Assembly (NCBI RefSeq): GCF_006345805.1
Contig: NW_021832890.1
Location: 1 to 29,573 of the forward strand
DNA from: Octopus sinensis
Taxonomy: Eukaryota
Direction: 5' to 3'
Length of the DNA stretch: 29,573 nt
Under the pieces are notes generated by a model that saw nothing but the letters and a program-made list of their open reading frames with translations, was not told the origin of the DNA and did not search any database. The translations under genes and the position numbers were made by a program. Below are positions 23,313 to 29,573 of this stretch, piece by piece; positions within the stretch are counted from its first letter, which is position 1, and each line of letters begins with the position of its first letter.

Positions 23313-23419
23313 TGTGTGTCTGTGTTTGCCCCCACCCCCAACATCGCTTGACAACCGATGGTGGTATGTTTACGTCCCCGTAACTTAGCGGTTCGGCAAA
23401 AGAGACCGATAGAATGAGT
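23097..23419 (+). mobile_element. CORE-type tRNA-derived SINE lacking its 3' end
   Basis: A-box-like TGGCTGTGTGG (23107-23117), B-box-like GTTCATTCC (23151-23159), CORE-like GGCACCTTGGGCAAGTG and an internal (TA)n. It stops at GATAGAATGAGT. Confidence 0.85.
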
Positions 23420-24239
23420 CCGTAGAATAGAGAGGACAATGCTACAACTAATTATGGAATTCATGTTTCCTCCATTTTTTATTGCAATCTTAAGCTCTCT
23501 GTTTTTTGGGGTTTTTTTTTCAACAAATTCAAAGGTGATCTGTCCTCTTTATGGTCTTTTAGCATGATAGAAATAACAGGGCTCACATAGGTCTCAAGAG
23601 ATTTTTTTTTTCAACATTGTTGTAATTTATCTGTCAAAACGATGACGAAGCAAAATCGAGATTTGTGAAATATCCGTCTCCTGTTTTTCCAAATTAAATT
23701 CGTATATAATCGTAATCTGAACTATTTGACAGTTATTTGTAGAATATTTCCTCAAAAAATACCCTTTTTTCCCTAAAGCTTTGAATTACCCGAAACTCCT
23801 CTCCCAAATTGTTTTTCACCACGAAGTCCATTCGATATACTCGTAATCTGCATAATCTGTGGAACGTATTTGTAGAAACATTCTTTAAAGGATATTCCTT
23901 TTTCGGAACGTTATGGGGAAAGAAACTTGGCGGGGCACATTTCTATTGTTATGGGTTAAAATTATTGAGCGAGTTGAATTCTATTGAATGAATAATAGAT
24001 TCAAAGAAAATGAGACGAACCTTTCTGAAAAGTAACCGGAATTACGAATCAAATGCGCAAACTCCATTTAGCAACAAGCATAAGCAGAAAGAATACTTTC
24101 CTAAAATAACAAGCAACGAATTGCGTCCCTTACCATGTTACAAATTGCATCTCTTATCGTGAAAATGAGTTTTACATTATATTTACTTATTGAGGCAAAT
24201 ATAGAAGCAAATAAGATGCAAACATGGATTTCATAGACG

Positions 24240-24400
24240 TATATACGTGCGTACAGATGTACTATGTATGTATGTATGTATGTATTCTGTGTGTATGTAT
24301 GTTTGTATGTATGCATGTATGTGTATGTATGTATGTATGTATGTATGTATGTATGTATGTATGTATGTATGTATGCATGTATGTGAGTGCATGTGTGTGC
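24240..24400. repeat. (TATG)n microsatellite
   Basis: Directly visible. Confidence 0.95.
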
Positions 24401-24401
24401 G

Positions 24402-24727
24402 TAAGCGGAAAGTGTAACCTCTCGAAAGAACTATTCTTCACTCCTGCTCCAGAGCGTGGGCTGCGGGGTCACTCCGAAAAGCTCTATCTACGACGATTTC
24501 ATCTCAATCGAAGGAGAGGGGCTTTCTCCGTCCGGATTGCGGATCCGTGGAATAAGCTGCCGGATGAGATAGTGAAGATGCCGACGACCGCTCAGTTCAA
24601 AGTCTCTCTTGGCCAGAAGTGGCCTGAACTCTGTATGACCACCCTCCCTGTACATAACTCCATGTCCCCCTACATGGCCTTGCTTTTGCTATTTGAGCCA
24701 ATAAAAATTGAATTGAATTGAATTGAA
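24402..24727 (+). mobile_element. CR1/L2-group LINE 3' end
   Basis: LFFTPAPERGLRGHSEKLYLRRFHLNRRRGAFSVRIADPWNKLPDEIV...FKVSL matches the CR1 ORF2 tail (TRGH..KL...FFS.RV...WN.LP...FK). AATAAA is followed by an (AATTG)n tail. Confidence 0.85.
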
Positions 24728-24903
24728 AAAGGTGGTGAGAGGGAAGAGAAAACGAGAGAAAACAAAGCACAGTTAGAATGAAAGACAGAGAGAGAGAAGC
24801 GAGGAGACAGAGAGGTATTTAACTAATTAATTATTTGGGGGATTTTACGAAAAAAACATCATTTAGCAACAAGCATAATCAGAATGAATACTTTCCGAAA
24901 ATA

Positions 24904-24994
24904 ACAAAACAAACAGATGTATTAGTATAACGCTCAGGAATAGAAAAAAGTCTTTTACGTTTCGAGCCTACGCTCTTCTACAGAAAGGGACACA
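24904..24994 (-). ncRNA. Minimal type I hammerhead-like motif (variant core CUGUAGA), copy 2
   Basis: Reverse complement TGTGTCCCTTTCTGTAGAAGAGCGTAGGCTCGAAACGTAAAAGAC... is nearly identical to 17364-17452. Confidence 0.65.
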
Positions 24995-25044
24995 GAAAAA
25001 AAGAAGAAAAGAAACAAGAAGAGAAAAAAGGGAGAGAAAAAGGA

Positions 25045-25116
25045 GAGTTAGTTAGTTGTTTGGTTGGTTGGTTGGCTGGTTGGTCGGTCGGTCAGTTAGT
25101 TTGAAAGGTAGGTTGG

Positions 25117-25164
<48 letters not shown>

Positions 25165-25228
25165 TAGATAGATAGATAGATAGATAGATGATAGATAGAT
25201 AGATAGACAGACAGACAGATAGATAGAT

Positions 25229-25277
<49 letters not shown>

Positions 25278-25292
25278 TAGATAGATAATCAC
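25045..25292. repeat. Compound tetranucleotide (GTTA/GTTG/GGTC, then TAGA/CAGA) plus (TA)n tract
   Basis: Directly visible. Confidence 0.9.
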
Positions 25293-25519
25293 ATGTAGGT
25301 ATGGATATTTACAAATACACCCGTACGTATTCACAGTTAAATACATACGTTTGTGTGTGTGTATGCGTGTGTGAACGTGCGATCATGCGTGAGTGTGCAC
25401 GTGTACATGAAAGGGTATATAGATGCATGTAAGTACTTCTGCATGCATTACTCGCAAGTACCCTGTGCACGCACGCACACACACACACACAGAGTCTCAG
25501 ATGTGTGTGTGTGTGTGTG

Positions 25520-25584
<65 letters not shown>

Positions 25585-25802
25585 TAAAATATACGGGAAC
25601 ACGTAGCACCAGTACAGAGAGCGACTTGGCTTGTTCCGGCATGTTCGAAATATATTGCGGAGAAGCGCTTTCATCAGATCTCATGCGATGAAACGTCAAC
25701 ACAACAAAGAGACATTAGCTTTTGCCTTTGATTTTCACCGGTGTCCAGTGGCATATGTCTACTGACATGTACTGAACACACGCATACACACACACAAACA
25801 TA

Positions 25803-25861
<59 letters not shown>

Positions 25862-25865
25862 AAAT

Positions 25866-26647
25866 AAATAAATATAAGAGAGTGGTCACTATATGGCTCA
25901 CTCTAGCACTAGTTAATCCAAAAGGTTTCAACCACAAAAATACATGTTTCCCATGAAAGTCAGTACGATTGTTAGCTCACACGGACAGGGCAAATAAAAA
26001 ATAACAAAAATACAGATTATTTTGGGACAATTGTTTCGCTATTAATGAATTAAATGTAATTTTAATATGCTATTAAATTAGTATCTAATTCTCTCACCCT
26101 TATTAATTAATTATAATTATGCTGCATTTATTTCTAAATGCAGTATTTGTTTTCCGTGAAAGTTTGGCGCGCTGTTAGTTGGGGCATTTGAATTATAACG
26201 TCGGATGTAATCAATTGAACCACACGTGTATTTATCGTTATGGTAAAATCTAGCGTGTGATTGAGTGGATTTCATCCAGATAGTTTTGGCTGACGAGCTA
26301 CAAGTGGATTTTTTTGTAAGTAAAATTACATTTAATTCATTAATAGCGAAACAATTGTCCCAAAATAATCTGTATTTTTGTTATTTTTTATTTGCCCTGT
26401 CCGTGTGAGCTAACAATCGTACTGACTTTCATGGGAAACCTGTATTTTTGTGGTTGAAACCTTTTGGATTAACTAGTGCTAGAGTGAGCCATATAGTGAC
26501 CACTCTCTTATATTTATTTTGTAAAAATATTATAATATATTATAAAATTATAATAATCCAGGTTTCTCGGAGCACTAGGCCACTTGGTGTTGAATAGATA
26601 TGCTATTAAATTAGTATCTAATTCTCCTCACCCTTATTAATTAATTA
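25866..26647 (+). mobile_element. Hammerhead-bearing non-autonomous retroelement (Penelope pLTR/retrozyme-like): inverted segment, partial tandem and a full 534-bp unit
   Basis: 25866-26064 is the reverse complement of 26321-26519 (198/199 identical). 26065-26113 repeats 26598-26647 with one indel. (TA)n flanks both sides. Confidence 0.75.
26277..26372 (+). ncRNA. Type I hammerhead ribozyme with canonical core
   Basis: Stem I CAGAT-AG-TTTTGG/CCAAAA-TA-ATCTG; core CTGACGA (26290-26296); stem II GCTA/TAGC; GAAA (26348-26351); stem III AC-AATT-GT; predicted GUC cleavage after 26359. Confidence 0.85.
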
Positions 26648-26651
26648 GTAT

Positions 26652-26682
<31 letters not shown>

Positions 26683-26763
26683 TAATATAGATTATAATAG
26701 ATATACATGTATATAGGCATACATACTTTGAATGAACTTGATATTCGTATTTCAATTTTTCGA

Positions 26764-26798
<35 letters not shown>

Positions 26799-27129
26799 TA
26801 TTATTATTATTATTTTATTATCATTATTATTATTATTATTATTTATTATTATTATTATTATCATTATTATTATTATTATCATTATTATTATTATGATTAT
26901 CATTATTATCATTCGGAGATGTGTGGATGTTAAATGCAAGTTGTGACACCACTTTGCATTGAGTGGCTCTGATTTTGGTAAAAAAAAAAATGATTGCATT
27001 TTGCATATGTTGTTATTATTCTTGATGCGATCATTTTTAAGGCAACTTGAAAGGAAAGATTAATACGTGTGCTTTATTATTAAATGCGTTACTCGTATGA
27101 GACATACTCTATTGTATTCTATATGTTAA

Positions 27130-28400
27130 CTGAAATGTATTTAATATGAGATCAATGAGGGTTGCTTTGAGACGAAACAGCAGCAACAGTACAAAAAAAC
27201 TAAAATGTTTTTATGGCGATTTCCAGAAAAGAAGGAGAATTTCTGAGAAAATCGTATCCTTGCTAGTGAAGGTTTGTTTGAAAGTTTTAAAGAGCACTTG
27301 AATTTGTACAACATCAAAATAACTGCGAAATAGTGAAACTGCCTGAGCTGATACAAAAGCTTCTACTAATTATCGGTAGCAGCCGAAAAAATTATTGCTG
27401 AAGCGGGATTTACACCTGTGCAAGTACACCTGAGCAAGTATACAGGCCACACTTTTCTAGAAGCTCTTACTAGCTAGAGCTTTTATTTCTCGAAAAGATA
27501 AATTAACACCAAGATTTAAAGCTTCTAAAAATCGCTTGATACTTCTTTTAGCGAGGAAATGCCACTGCTGATATGAAGATGAAGACTCTACAAGTGTATC
27601 ACTACGAAAACACCTCGGCTTTCAAGGGTTAAACAAAGTTTAATCTACATCTGATTTGGTGTTCAAATAAAAAAGGTATGGATGAGTAAGAGCCTTCTTG
27701 ATGATTGGTTCTACAAATATCTGCTGTGGAAAGGTACTGTGCCAGACGTGATATTTCAATATTGCACCCTTTAGACAATACACCAAAACATTCAGCGACG
27801 TATATGGACGTTTTCATAGTGAGGATATAAGAAGATATTTCTAACTTCTTTGATCCATCCTATCGATCAAGGTGTAATACCTAACGTCAAGGCATGTTAT
27901 CTGAGAATTTTCCAACAACTTATGAAAGCAAGTAACAGATATGGTAAACCTACAGCTAAAGATTTCTGGAAGAAGTTCAACAGTGTGGATGCTTTGGATA
28001 ACATAGCTGAGCCATGAGATTAAGTGAAACACTCGACTTTGAATGGTGCTTGGAAAAATATAAAGAGAGACTGAACTCACAAGTAGAAAGTCTACGGCAA
28101 ATTTTGAAAGACATTGTAGCAACAGCATATTGTATAAGGTTTGAAGAAATCATAAAAGATTATGTGGGAGGGTTGTTCGTTTCCCAATTGGAAAGTTTAT
28201 CTAATAAGGGGGCTGACGATGTTAGAAAAAGAACATCCTGAGAATACAGATATGAATAAGGAAATTCCACCGACCCCACTTAAATTGACCGCCAAGAATA
28301 TTGTTAAAGGGTTGGCATGTATAGGGAAGGTCAGCAAGATTTTTGCTGATAACAACCTTAATCGTGAACTAAGTGTTGATGATGATATACTTATAAGGCT
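27130..28400 (+). mobile_element. pogo/Tigger (CENP-B-like DDD) transposase relic
   Basis: Frameshifted ASEGLFESFK..NLYNIKIT, AEAGFTPVQV, FKASKNRL, ENTSAFKGL, DDWFYKY, LDNTPKH, PIDQGVI, DFWKKFN and KLTAKN. No TIRs were seen. Confidence 0.85.
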
Positions 28401-28419
28401 GTTGACACTGTTCTGCATG

Positions 28420-29343
28420 GACCATTGATTAGAATCTCAGAAAGTCCATGAGGTCCATTGCAAAAGATCTCCATGTGTCAGAAGGAACAGTCACAAATGT
28501 TGTCCACAAGACAGGATATAAGTCATATATGATGAGCAAAGGTCAATTTGTCAGAAAAATCAAAAGAAAATCACCACATCAGATCTAAGAGGTTCTTAAA
28601 CAAACTGAAAAATCCAGCAGAAGATTTGATTTGGTTTTTCTCAGACGAGTAAAACTTCGACAAAGATCAAAGAATTAATAGAAGCAATGATAGATGGTTA
28701 AGTGCAAACTCTTCTCAAGTTCCAAGTATTATGCATACAAAATTTCCTGCAACTGTCATGGCTTTAGGGATTGTCAGTAATGAAGATCATGTAATGCCTC
28801 CTTACTTCTTTCCACAAAGTCTTATAGTTAACTCTGCTGCCTACATTGAGGTCCTGGAAATAATTGTTAAGCCCTGAATTGACAGTGTATGCAATGGAAG
28901 ACCATATGTGTTTCAGTAAGACTCTGCACTATCACACATGGCTCTAATAACACAGGACTGGATGGCTGAAAATTTTCATGATCACATAAGCCTTAACATT
29001 TGGCCTCCTAATTCTCCAGGTCTCAATCCATTAGACTATTACACGTGGAGCGTTGTTGAGAGAGAGGTCAATGAATATGCCCATAACACCAAAGATTCTT
29101 TGAAAGCTACCATAGTCAGAGTAATATCCTAAATGAACCAGAACCACTTGATTCAAGCATGTAGATGATTTAGATCGTATATAGAAGCAGTTTTTGAAAC
29201 TGAAGGTGGCTTTACTGAATAATATTATAGAAAAGAAGGTTTATTTTCATCTTCATAGAATTTTTTGATAAATAAAATTATTATTTGTTATTATATGTTT
29301 TTTTATAAACATAAATTTGTCCTCAAATATCTTACGCACCCTG
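28420..29343 (+). mobile_element. maT-type (DD37D) Tc1/mariner transposon, 5'-truncated, right TIR present
   Basis: RKSMRSIAKDL (HTH), FSDE (D at 28644), Q*DSA (D at 28920), WPPNSPGLNPLDY (D at 29034, 37 codons after the second D). Right end GTCCTCAAATATCTTACGCACCCTG followed by TA. Confidence 0.9.
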
Positions 29344-29573
29344 TATATATGTATATATAATAAATTAATAAATAAAACATATGCATATATACATACATAT
29401 ATGTACGTACCTACCTCTACATGTATATATACATGCATATATGGGTACAGGGCACCAAAAAAACGTCGAACACAATGAGAAACGAAAACATAAACACAAA
29501 ACCAAGGAAATGAACATTTCTTTTAAACAACGAAAAAATAGAGTACAGGACATTCAAAACAAGGAAAATTCCC

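Noticed and set aside
25669-25700. TTTCATC/GATGAAA hairpin with GAAACGTC, and CTGATGA on the minus strand
   Set aside because: The core halves lie on opposite strands and cannot be assembled into a hammerhead.

Overview
AT-rich eukaryotic, non-genic DNA made mostly of microsatellites and decayed transposable elements. The repeat content resembles an octopod cephalopod genome, which is an inference from remembered SINE/LINE families and was not checked against a database. No intact host gene is recognisable, and most ORF-track entries are microsatellite translations. Supported elements: a Merlin/IS1595-like transposase relic, a Tc1 5' half, two near-identical non-autonomous Helitrons, an RTE LINE relic, four R4/Dong-clade LINE fragments plus a tandemly duplicated Dong-type 3' end, three L1/Tx1-like 3' ends, a CR1 3' end, two tRNA-derived SINE families, a pogo/Tigger relic and a DD37D (maT) 3' half. 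The most notable signal is a 534-bp non-coding unit inside a (TA)n tract (26114-26647). It carries a canonical type I hammerhead ribozyme and is preceded by a partial tandem copy and a 199-bp inverted copy, which is Penelope/retrozyme-like architecture. A second, variant-core hammerhead family occurs twice. Also noted: a SINE apparently split by a ~550-bp micro-inversion, and SINE tails matching local L1/Tx1 3' ends.
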